DNA of 64,000 bases from a virus: positions 1 to 64,000 of the IMG/VR virus record IMGVR_UViG_3300005264_000001; one strand, written 5' to 3'. Every line of letters starts with the position of its first letter. Positions within the stretch are counted from its first letter, which is position 1. The translations under genes and the position numbers were made by a program. The notes beneath the pieces were generated by a model that searched no databases, was not told the origin of the DNA, and worked only from the letters and a program-made list of their open reading frames with translations. Shown here piece by piece: positions 19,540-27,943 of this stretch.

Positions 19540-20384
19540 ATGAAGATAATTTAATAATTTATCATTCAGCAGATTTTGACGGGAAATTTTCACGTGATGT
19601 AGTTGAAACATATTTAAACGACAATCAAGAATCATTTAAATCAGTAGGTTGGAATCACAACGAGAAAACTATTGAAATTGATAGATACAAGAATGTATAT
19701 ATTGTAGATTTACCTATCACATGTGCTCAAGATTTTGAAAATAATCTAGGTAAAATTACTTGGATAGACCATCATGCTGCTGTAATTGAACAATACAAAG
19801 ACTTAAAAGTAAAAGGTTTAAGAAGAGTTGGAAGAGGAGCTTGTGAACTATGTTTTAATTATTTGTTCCCTCATGAAGAATTACCTAAATCATTAGAACT
19901 TGTATCAAGTCATGATGTTTGGGATTTAAGTGAAGAAACAGAAAACTTTCAATATGGGTTAAGAACAATCGATGAGAAATATCAAAACTTGTGGGATTCA
20001 AATGGTAAGATTGATGAAATTCTAGATACAGGTAAAACTATTTTAAAGTATCAAGTAGCACAAAATAAAATTCTTATGAAAAATGCACGTTATATTGAAT
20101 TTGAAGGGTATAAAACTATTTGTATGAATAATTCTATAGGTGGTAGTGAAATCTTTGACTCTATCGACCCAGAGACGTATGATATTATGTTAACTTATCA
20201 TAATACAAAAGACAATGAGTGGGCTTATAGTGTATATAGTAAAAAAGAAATTGATGTATCGATAATTGCTAGAAAGTTTAAAGGTGGGGGTCACTATCAC
20301 GCTGCAGGCGCAACTTTACCTTATCTATTACCTGAATTAGATAATATAAATCGAGAATTAAAACTCAAAGGGACATTAGATTAA
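19536..20384 (+). CDS. DHH/DHHA1 phosphoesterase
   Basis: YHSADFDG, IVD, WIDHH, GGGHYHAAG. Confidence 0.92.
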   Translation: MNEDNLIIYHSADFDGKFSRDVVETYLNDNQESFKSVGWNHNEKTIEIDRYKNVYIVDLPITCAQDFENNLGKITWIDHHAAVIEQYKDLKVKGLRRVGRGACELCFNYLFPHEELPKSLELVSSHDVWDLSEETENFQYGLRTIDEKYQNLWDSNGKIDEILDTGKTILKYQVAQNKILMKNARYIEFEGYKTICMNNSIGGSEIFDSIDPETYDIMLTYHNTKDNEWAYSVYSKKEIDVSIIARKFKGGGHYHAAGATLPYLLPELDNINRELKLKGTLD

Positions 20385-20385
20385 A

Positions 20386-20418
20386 ATAGTTGTTACTCAT
20401 CAATAACAACTATCTTTT
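20386..20418 (+). terminator. hairpin followed by a T-tract
   Basis: ATAGTTGTTA-8nt-TAACAACTAT then CTTTT, directly after the DHH stop. Confidence 0.45.
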
Positions 20419-20476
20419 ATAAACAATACATAATTCTTAGAGTATACTTATATAATAAATAATATATAAGTATCTT

Positions 20477-20902
20477 ATGGTTGAAATTAAAATACCTAAG
20501 AAAGTAGAAGATGTTTACAATAAGACTGTTTCTTATTGTAAAGAAGACCCTAAAAGATTTAAAAGAATTTTAGGTTTTATTGTATTACTAATACTAATGA
20601 ATTTCTGGAGTAATACATTAACACATGCAGATATTCTACAATGTGACCAAGGTACATATAGAGTTCCTGGATATATTCAAGATAGAACAAATGTTAATCT
20701 AGATTATATCGAGATAGAAGATTACAAAATATCCTCAGATGGTTGGATATGTAAAATAAATGTGTATGCTGAACCTCAAGCAAATGAGAGATATGGAAAG
20801 AAAGTATATAGTGATAGTATTTCAGAACATGGTATTAAAACAAGAAAGAGTAGAGGATACTCAAGTACAGAAATAGTTCAACAAGCAACTATTTATAATT
20901 AA
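20477..20902 (+). CDS. membrane-anchored hypothetical protein
   Basis: Single TM segment ILGFIVLLILMNFW. Confidence 0.7.
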   Translation: MVEIKIPKKVEDVYNKTVSYCKEDPKRFKRILGFIVLLILMNFWSNTLTHADILQCDQGTYRVPGYIQDRTNVNLDYIEIEDYKISSDGWICKINVYAEPQANERYGKKVYSDSISEHGIKTRKSRGYSSTEIVQQATIYN

Positions 20903-20947
20903 TTCTTTAAAACAAACACTTATAAACACTTAATCATTATTATTATT

Positions 20948-21847
20948 ATGATTGAAAAAAACAAACTAAAGAATAGGTTAAGTAAAAGTAAACTAAAATC
21001 TTTTGCGATTTGTCCCAAAAGATATTGGTTCGATAGAATGGAACCAGCACCATTTTTAGCAAGCACAGCAACTGTCAAAGGAACTCGATTACATAGTATT
21101 TTTGATAATTTGTATAAATCATTTGGTGATATACAAGAATACAGAAGTAAAGAACAACTGTATGATGAGTTAATGAGTCAACTACGTGAAACAAAAGAAG
21201 ATACATATAAAGAGATTGCTAAAACTGATTGGAATCTTCCTAAACATACACCTGAACAAAAACAAATGTTCTTAGACTTATTACCTGAGAATGAAAAAGT
21301 TGAGTATGAAAAACAAGTTAAAATGTTTGTTGATTGGATTGAACAATTAGGATTTACTTATCCTGAAAATTGTGAAGAAAAGATTTATGATGAAGACTTT
21401 GATTTTGTTGCTTTATATGATAGATTAGAATTTGATGGAAAAGTTAGAATTGTAATGGATTACAAGACAGGTAAAGAACATGATTTAAGTGATTATACAG
21501 ATGATGAACTTCCTTGGTATGCTTTCTTTATTGAGAAGAAATATCCAGAGAAAAAGATTGATTACGTATTAATTTATTTCGTTGATTTAGGTAAAGCAAA
21601 ATTAGTAAAATACACTGAAGAAATGTCTATGAATGCCATGAGTAAATTTCAATTTTTAGAAGATGGTGTTGATGAATGTATTAGAAATAATAACTGGCCA
21701 GCTCAATTAAATAATTATTGTGGTTATTGCCCTTATAATGAGAAATGTAAAATGTATCAATGGAAATTAAAAAAGAAAGAACAAGATAAAGTAAAGAAAG
21801 AAGGTGTAAAGAGTGTCACTAAGAAAAACACTCTATTTGGAAAATGA
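20948..21847 (+). CDS. Cas4/RecB-like PD-(D/E)xK exonuclease
   Basis: LSKS...CP, GTRLH, DRL, DYKTG, C-terminal CGYCPYNEKC. Confidence 0.88.
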   Translation: MIEKNKLKNRLSKSKLKSFAICPKRYWFDRMEPAPFLASTATVKGTRLHSIFDNLYKSFGDIQEYRSKEQLYDELMSQLRETKEDTYKEIAKTDWNLPKHTPEQKQMFLDLLPENEKVEYEKQVKMFVDWIEQLGFTYPENCEEKIYDEDFDFVALYDRLEFDGKVRIVMDYKTGKEHDLSDYTDDELPWYAFFIEKKYPEKKIDYVLIYFVDLGKAKLVKYTEEMSMNAMSKFQFLEDGVDECIRNNNWPAQLNNYCGYCPYNEKCKMYQWKLKKKEQDKVKKEGVKSVTKKNTLFGK

Positions 21848-22029
21848 ATCTAACATATATTATAGCAACATTGAATAAACCATCACGTTCAGGTGTGATA
21901 ATAGAGGATAACGAACACACTAGAGAAGAGTTTAAAAAACTCATTGGTACGACTCTCAATAAAATGAAATGTGTTGATATTAAATTTGAAGATAATTTAG
22001 TGTTAGGTGAGTATGAGGTAATAAACTAA
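21844..22029 (+). CDS. hypothetical protein
   Basis: ATGA overlap. Confidence 0.6.
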   Translation: MNLTYIIATLNKPSRSGVIIEDNEHTREEFKKLIGTTLNKMKCVDIKFEDNLVLGEYEVIN

Positions 22030-22030
22030 A

Positions 22031-23098
22031 ATGGTGATTTTAGAATTAGCAATACCAAAAAGAACTGTGATTCATAACAAAGAACAATTTAATAAGTTCT
22101 TAAAAAAATATCATGGGAGAACTAATATATACAAATCTGTATACAAGTTCAAGTATCCAGCAACTGTATATGCTGCTGAGTATGAAACAGCAATATTAAA
22201 TACAATGTTTTTTGATTGTGATTCAAAAGATTCAATTAATGTAATTAATAAGTTTCATAACTATTTGGTAGAAAAGAATCTAAGACATCATATTATACAA
22301 TCAAGTTTCAAGAGATTTCATTTATTTGTAGCTGTAAAACCTAATAATATTTACACGAATAAGAAAGTAGCTTTATTTAATGCTATGGTTCATCTAGCAA
22401 AAGAAGCAGAGATTAGTTATGGGTATGGTGACGTAGAGAATATCGATTTAGACGCCTCTAGCTTTGGTGATTTGGCGAGATTATGTGCGTTAGTTAAAAC
22501 TTATAAGCCCAAGAAAAAGTCGTGGGTAAACTATGTTAAAATCGATGATGTGAATGACGAAGAAAGATTAAAAAAGATTTCATCAAGATTATACAAGACT
22601 AAACCAACATATTATGGAACTAAGTTATTTGATATAACTAAATTTGATGATGGACAACCAACTGAAAATATGGTAAGACCAAATAGAGATTGGAGTGAAT
22701 GTAACTTAGAAGTTACAAATGAGGAAGCAACTAAATTAGCTCAAGCATTTCCACCAATCATTAAAAAGATTTTGTCAAATTACAAACCAGAAGGAAGTAT
22801 AAAAGGTTATTGTGATGACCATAATATGAGATGGTTAGTAGCTATTGTGTGTCGTGATGCTTTTGAGTTTGACCCTAAAGTAACAGAACAAATTTGTAAA
22901 CATTACTTTAGTCAGCATAAGAATTATTCAACTTGTAATGGGTCTTGTACTCAGTGGGATAGATTCGAAGTTTGTCATGGTGTGGATTCAGTTTACACAG
23001 GACATCATGCTCATAGAACAATTAGTTTACATACACTAGAAAAACGTGGTTACGAAGTAACAAAAGAAGATAGAGAGTTTTGGAGTGAAATATATTAA
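22031..23098 (+). CDS. archaeo-eukaryotic primase, PriS fused to a PriL/PriX-like C-terminal domain
   Basis: AEP motifs FFDCD, RFHLF, GDLARL; C-terminal FPPIIKKIL and HNMRWLVA resemble PriL-CTD FPPC and HxxR. Confidence 0.8.
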   Translation: MVILELAIPKRTVIHNKEQFNKFLKKYHGRTNIYKSVYKFKYPATVYAAEYETAILNTMFFDCDSKDSINVINKFHNYLVEKNLRHHIIQSSFKRFHLFVAVKPNNIYTNKKVALFNAMVHLAKEAEISYGYGDVENIDLDASSFGDLARLCALVKTYKPKKKSWVNYVKIDDVNDEERLKKISSRLYKTKPTYYGTKLFDITKFDDGQPTENMVRPNRDWSECNLEVTNEEATKLAQAFPPIIKKILSNYKPEGSIKGYCDDHNMRWLVAIVCRDAFEFDPKVTEQICKHYFSQHKNYSTCNGSCTQWDRFEVCHGVDSVYTGHHAHRTISLHTLEKRGYEVTKEDREFWSEIY

Positions 23099-23099
23099 A

Positions 23100-24029
23100 A
23101 TGGTAGAAAAAAGAAAAGGACCTAAAAAGAAATTCTATAGAAAATGTAGATATTGTGGAAAGAATTTTGTATTACCGTATCGTACGAGTAAACAAATTTT
23201 TTGTAATCAAGAATGTTCAACTGCTTGTGGTAAAAAGAATTTAAAACACTATCAATCATTACCTGAATGTGGAATATGTGGAGCAAAGAAAGAAGCAAAA
23301 CCTGCATTTTGTATTGGTTGTAGTCATAAAAATTATACTGTTGCTTTATTACATGAACATATGACACTAGAACAAGCAAAAGCAGGAAAGTTTTATTGTG
23401 TTAATTGTAAAACTGTATCTGATGACGAACATTGTAAGAAGTGTAAATCATTGTTAAATATTACAGAAGTTACTTGTGTAGATTGTGGTAAATTAACAGG
23501 AGAAAAATATTCACAGTTTGATGATTTTCCAAAAGGTGGATGGAGATGTAGAGAATGTTTAAAGAAAGTTAAAGAGAAGAAACCAAAAGAAACTTTATAT
23601 TGTGCATGTGGTAAGAGATTAGGTTGTAGACAACACACTTATTGTTGTTTAGGTTGTATGATAGACCATAGATATACAGGTCATGAATATGTTAGACCAG
23701 ATACATGTGAGATTTGTGATAAAGATGTCTCAAGAGGTGTCAAAGTTTGTCAAAATTGTAGGACAAAAGGTATGGTTATATATTGTGATAAGAAAGGAAT
23801 AACACCAAAGAAATTACAAAGTTTATTATTTACTCATAAATGGTGTGAGAAACATAAACAACCTTATAAAGTTAAATGTACTCAATGTGTAATTGAGGAG
23901 GATAAGATGTTAAAAGGTAGAAAACGTTGTGATTGTGGAGTAATAATCTCAAAAGGTAAATCAATGTGTATACAATGTCGTATGGCTAAACTAGAGGAAA
24001 AAGCAAAAGAGGGTAAAATAAATGACTGA
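23100..24029 (+). CDS. multi-zinc-finger Cys-rich protein
   Basis: About 35 Cys, mostly in CxxC pairs; start MVEKR at TAAAATGG. Confidence 0.75.
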   Translation: MVEKRKGPKKKFYRKCRYCGKNFVLPYRTSKQIFCNQECSTACGKKNLKHYQSLPECGICGAKKEAKPAFCIGCSHKNYTVALLHEHMTLEQAKAGKFYCVNCKTVSDDEHCKKCKSLLNITEVTCVDCGKLTGEKYSQFDDFPKGGWRCRECLKKVKEKKPKETLYCACGKRLGCRQHTYCCLGCMIDHRYTGHEYVRPDTCEICDKDVSRGVKVCQNCRTKGMVIYCDKKGITPKKLQSLLFTHKWCEKHKQPYKVKCTQCVIEEDKMLKGRKRCDCGVIISKGKSMCIQCRMAKLEEKAKEGKIND

Positions 24030-24453
24030 GATAACCGAGAGTAAATTTAAAACTTGGTGTAAGAAATTTAATTATTACAATCTTAAACTAAATGTAGGTA
24101 CAGCAACAGGTCATTTAATTAATCAACCTGCTGATTTTATAATGTCAATTAAAGGTAAAATGTATTTAGTTGAATGTAAAGAAGTTGAAAAGAATGAAAC
24201 ATTCCCATTTGTAAGATTTACACAAAAGAGAAAAATGAGTTTAGCAAAGAAAACTGACTCTAAACTTAAATGTTATGTATTAGTGTATTTTAAACGATTA
24301 GACACTATTTGTTTATTTGATATCAAATCATATCTAAAAGTAGAAAAGTCTTCTATATTCAAGTCTGGTAAGTCTAAAGAGTCGTTTAACATCAAAGACA
24401 TAGATGATAAGTTTAAATGTAACTGGAAAACGTTACACGAGAAATTAAAATAG
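24022..24453 (+). CDS. Holliday junction resolvase (Hjc/RecU-like)
   Basis: E near the N-terminus, PADF, LVECK (PD-(D/E)xK). Confidence 0.8.
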   Translation: MTEITESKFKTWCKKFNYYNLKLNVGTATGHLINQPADFIMSIKGKMYLVECKEVEKNETFPFVRFTQKRKMSLAKKTDSKLKCYVLVYFKRLDTICLFDIKSYLKVEKSSIFKSGKSKESFNIKDIDDKFKCNWKTLHEKLK

Positions 24454-24487
24454 ATAGTTTTATAAAGAATAGAATATTAATTATTAT

Positions 24488-24589
24488 ATGGAAGAGAAAA
24501 CCATAGAATACTTTAAAAGTATTGGATACACAGAGGAAGAAGCAGTTGCTATGTTAGTAAATAATAATGCAGACATAGAGGAAGAGTAA
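24488..24589 (+). CDS. 33-aa mini-protein, UBA-like
   Basis: Own TATA 21 nt upstream; MEEKTIEYFKSIGYTEEEAVAMLVNNNADIEEE. Confidence 0.55.
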   Translation: MEEKTIEYFKSIGYTEEEAVAMLVNNNADIEEE

Positions 24590-24597
24590 ACGTATTC

Positions 24598-24660
24598 ATT
24601 TTATTCATATTTAACCTCTTATAATAAAGGTTATTATATAAAAGAAAATATGAATAAAAT
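24598..24660. repeat. concentric palindrome (operator or origin candidate)
   Basis: 15-bp perfect arms at 24598-24612/24646-24660 and 8-bp inner arms at 24620-24627/24631-24638 share the centre 24629. Confidence 0.75.
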
Positions 24661-24749
24661 ACATATAATTCTAGTAAATACATAAATGAATATATTTATT
24701 CATACAAAATAATAAATATATTTATAAATAGAAGTCAATTTAAATATAT

Positions 24750-25319
24750 ATGGTAAAGAAAAATACTACTATAAGTATAGATTCCGATATTTTAGCATTA
24801 GCTAAAACTAAAATAGGAAATATGAGTCAAGAATTTGAAAAATTTCTTGTTATGAGAATGAAATCTAAAACTATTGAAGAAACAGCAGAGAAGATAGAAG
24901 AACTTAGTATGAGTTCTATTGATAAAATAATTATTGATAATATTGAAAATAAAAACAAAGGTTATCATAGTATTATAAAGAAATGTGATACAATAAGAAG
25001 TGAGTTTATTAAGGATTATAAGAATTACCCACAAACACAAGGGTTGAAAAGAGCCGAAGAGTTACAGTTGTTATTGAATGATTTTACAAAGAATTTTTCT
25101 AGAACAGTTGAAGATATGTTATTACTAGATAAAATTAAAGAACTTGTAACTTCTATACAAGATAACAACATACCAGAAATTTGGAATTTTATTAAACATA
25201 AATATACATATGATAAAACATTTACACATCTAGCTGCTAAACTAGGTATCAAGAAAGAAAAAATTTATAATTTGCTTAAAGCAACAAAAGATGTTAAGAA
25301 AGGAGAAAATGCAGAATGA
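24750..25319 (+). CDS. ribbon-helix-helix DNA-binding protein
   Basis: N-terminal KKNTTISIDSDILALAK...NMSQEFEKFL. Confidence 0.7.
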   Translation: MVKKNTTISIDSDILALAKTKIGNMSQEFEKFLVMRMKSKTIEETAEKIEELSMSSIDKIIIDNIENKNKGYHSIIKKCDTIRSEFIKDYKNYPQTQGLKRAEELQLLLNDFTKNFSRTVEDMLLLDKIKELVTSIQDNNIPEIWNFIKHKYTYDKTFTHLAAKLGIKKEKIYNLLKATKDVKKGENAE

Positions 25320-25564
25320 ATGAAGAACAAAAAAGATTAGAACAAGAAATGATGATTAGTATTAGTTATGATGATGAAATTGAAGAATTAAAAGAAGAAA
25401 TGGAATTTGATAAACAAATGGAATTATACCATGCAGGTATAATTGGTATTGCTGATGATTTACCGAAAGAGTACGAAATTGAAGATTGGGAAGCAGAAGA
25501 TGAACATATGAAAAGAAATTATATACAATTTTTAAAGAATAATCCTAAATACAAAGACTTATAA
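25316..25564 (+). CDS. acidic hypothetical protein
   Basis: ATGA overlap. Confidence 0.6.
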   Translation: MNEEQKRLEQEMMISISYDDEIEELKEEMEFDKQMELYHAGIIGIADDLPKEYEIEDWEAEDEHMKRNYIQFLKNNPKYKDL

Positions 25565-25615
25565 AGAATAGAAGATTATTATATATTATGAGTTATGAGA
25601 ACTCAAATAAATAAA

Positions 25616-25762
25616 ATGGAACCTGTATATAAATCAGAGAGAAGTAAAAGAATGACTAAGACTGTTGGGAAACAGAAATCTTTTAAAGATGGTTTAACTG
25701 CTTTATTAGAAAAACAACAAGGTAAGAAAGTTAAAAAGTGTTTGAGGGTTGTAAATGAATAA
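25616..25762 (+). CDS. small basic protein (48 aa)
   Basis: AAAATGG start after a promoter and mini-ORF. Confidence 0.5.
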   Translation: MEPVYKSERSKRMTKTVGKQKSFKDGLTALLEKQQGKKVKKCLRVVNE

Positions 25763-25898
25763 TAAATGTGATAACTGTAATAGTAGTTGTGAAGCTACAG
25801 AAAATAGTGAACAAGGTAAATACAGATGTAATAATTGTGGTATTACAAAACACGTAAACTTTGAAACAGGTTACACAACATATATAGAAAATGATTAG
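25755..25898 (+). CDS. small zinc-ribbon protein (47 aa)
   Basis: CDNC...CNNCG. Confidence 0.55.
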   Translation: MNNKCDNCNSSCEATENSEQGKYRCNNCGITKHVNFETGYTTYIEND

Positions 25899-26070
25899 TG
25901 ATGAATTAAAACAAAAGTTAAAAGAGAAATATGGAACTTGTATTGATTACAATGTAGACGAAACAAGAATATTTTATAAAGGTCAATTAGTTTATGATTT
26001 TAAAAGAGCTGAAGTGTTAGGTGATTCTTGTGTATTACCTATATTAGATTTAATTATACAAGATGATTGA
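25891..26070 (+). CDS. small hypothetical protein
   Basis: Coupled open frame. Confidence 0.45.
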   Translation: MISDELKQKLKEKYGTCIDYNVDETRIFYKGQLVYDFKRAEVLGDSCVLPILDLIIQDD

Positions 26071-26242
26071 GTATATATTCTATTCTGAGAACTTAGACAC
26101 GTTATTTGACGTGTTTAAAACAGTTAGTAAACGAGAACTCACAAAACAAGAAACACTTGAAATATCAACTCAAAAGTGTATCATACTTAATTTTAGAAAT
26201 ATAAATGATTTGAATAGTTTTTTAAATTCTTAGAAATAAGAT

Positions 26243-26272
26243 GTTTTATTTTTATTTTTATTTTTTATTTTA
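26243..26272 (+). terminator. T-rich terminator region at the convergence of the replication and virion blocks
   Basis: Repeated TTTTA tracts between convergent genes. Confidence 0.55.
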
Positions 26273-26959
26273 TTTAACATCTTCAAATTGCTTACTTAAA
26301 GCAAAATGCATTGGCATTAATTCATCTGGACAACTTAAATTAAATTCTTTAGCAACATCTAATTTTCCTTTTGATGCATCTAAATAAATTCTTCCATTTG
26401 CTTCTGTACAAATAGTTCTCTCAGGTGTTGCTTTTGCTACGTAACTTCTCACTAAATTTAAACCTTTAATGATTGGTAAGAATGCTAATGCTCCCTTGTA
26501 AACTATTGAGATTCTAGTTACCCATTTCTTCATAAATAATGTTAAAGTTCTTAATAGAATATTTGGTATCATCACAATATCGTAAGTTCTTCCAATTCTT
26601 TCGTTGGCTAGTTTATTTACACCACTTAATACAACTTTAGGTCTTCTAACTTTACAAGTTCCATTATTTACGTAATAATCAAAATCTCTATTTAACATTA
26701 GTTTATTTTGGTATTCCCATTGTTGTTCACCAATGTAAACACCTTCTTTTGTTACTCTTGTAATCATACCAACGTGTGACCATCTTGTAAACTTGTATTT
26801 ATTAGAATCAATTAACTCTTTAATATTATGAGTTCTTGCGTATTCTAGTTTTTGTGTAAAAACTATTCCGTCTCCAAAAATCTTGTTAAAGGAGAGTTTA
26901 TCTCCTTTAGTATCCCATCCAAATAATAGACAGTCTCCGGTTTTATATTTATTAACCAT
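26270..26959 (-). CDS. permuted NlpC/P60 (YiiX/YaeF-like) papain-fold amidase
   Basis: GDCLLF, WSHVGM, IGRTYD, ICTE (His before Cys). Confidence 0.75.
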   Translation of the reverse strand: MVNKYKTGDCLLFGWDTKGDKLSFNKIFGDGIVFTQKLEYARTHNIKELIDSNKYKFTRWSHVGMITRVTKEGVYIGEQQWEYQNKLMLNRDFDYYVNNGTCKVRRPKVVLSGVNKLANERIGRTYDIVMIPNILLRTLTLFMKKWVTRISIVYKGALAFLPIIKGLNLVRSYVAKATPERTICTEANGRIYLDASKGKLDVAKEFNLSCPDELMPMHFALSKQFEDVK

Positions 26960-26997
26960 ATAAATAAAAATAAGTAGTTATTTATAAAACTATTTAT

Positions 26998-27942
26998 TTA
27001 TAATAGATTTTTATCAAAATTTCCTTTTCCAAAACCAATTATGTATTTATATACAGAGTTAGAGACATTTAGTCTGTAAGAAGAACTTGAAGACCAAATA
27101 GTTGCGATAACAGCCTTTCTAATATACATAGTACCATTTTTAACATAATCTTTTATTGGTAAATCTGTAGCATTAGCAATATAATCATTTTGATTGTCTC
27201 TATCACTTAATTTTACAGGGTTTGTCATTACAACATAGGTTTCTGTTGTGAAGTTCCAAACATATACTGTTGCAGAAGCTAAATATGACTCATTTGTAGA
27301 TACTTTATAACCTTTAGTCTCATCTAAAATTCTGATATAATCTTCGTTGTTTGGTGTTGTAATCCCTGTCAATTTAATCATTGAATTTAAATAATTATCA
27401 CCATATTGTACATAAGCTATAGGTACTGATGTTGTGATTGAAACATCTTTTGTTGTTAGTGCTTGATAATCTGTTTCAGGGTTTCCTGTACTAGTAAATG
27501 AATTTAATGTCCAACCATAATTAATAACAGGTGTCAAATTAGTCATTGATTTATACATACAAGTTTTTACGGTAGCTTGTGCTGCTGTAAAAGTCATAGT
27601 GTACACTGGTTTTAATTCATTATTCGCTGACATTGGTGTAGCCATAATATAACCGTCATAACTGTCATTTGTGTTTCTTCTTACGGTTGATGTTACAGAA
27701 CCATTTGTCATACTAAAACCAAAGTCTGGTGTACCATTAGAAGACTCTCCATCACAAAATGAAAGTATCAACGGGTACACTAAAGAAGGAGTTGAAAATT
27801 TCCAAGTTCCTCTATAATAATAACTACCTATATTTGTGCCTCCTAAACAATCCTTAAATGGATGGTCAATATTTGTTAAAGTTATTCCATTCGATGCATT
27901 CTTTCCTGAATTTAATCCTCCTTTTACTATTCCTCTTGCCAT
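26998..27942 (-). CDS. putative tail fibre/receptor-binding protein
   Basis: S/T/N/Y-rich; at the end of the tail operon. Confidence 0.5.
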   Translation of the reverse strand: MARGIVKGGLNSGKNASNGITLTNIDHPFKDCLGGTNIGSYYYRGTWKFSTPSLVYPLILSFCDGESSNGTPDFGFSMTNGSVTSTVRRNTNDSYDGYIMATPMSANNELKPVYTMTFTAAQATVKTCMYKSMTNLTPVINYGWTLNSFTSTGNPETDYQALTTKDVSITTSVPIAYVQYGDNYLNSMIKLTGITTPNNEDYIRILDETKGYKVSTNESYLASATVYVWNFTTETYVVMTNPVKLSDRDNQNDYIANATDLPIKDYVKNGTMYIRKAVIATIWSSSSSYRLNVSNSVYKYIIGFGKGNFDKNLL

Positions 27943-27943
27943 C

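Noticed and set aside
20948-21847. Cas4-like gene as part of a CRISPR-Cas locus
   Set aside because: No cas1/cas2 and no repeat-spacer array seen; solo Cas4-like nucleases are common viral recombination enzymes.
1-26240. Cellular chromosome or eukaryotic giant virus origin
   Set aside because: The block is contiguous with a complete myovirus head-tail module and shares its promoter grammar; no ribosomal or NCLDV core genes are present.
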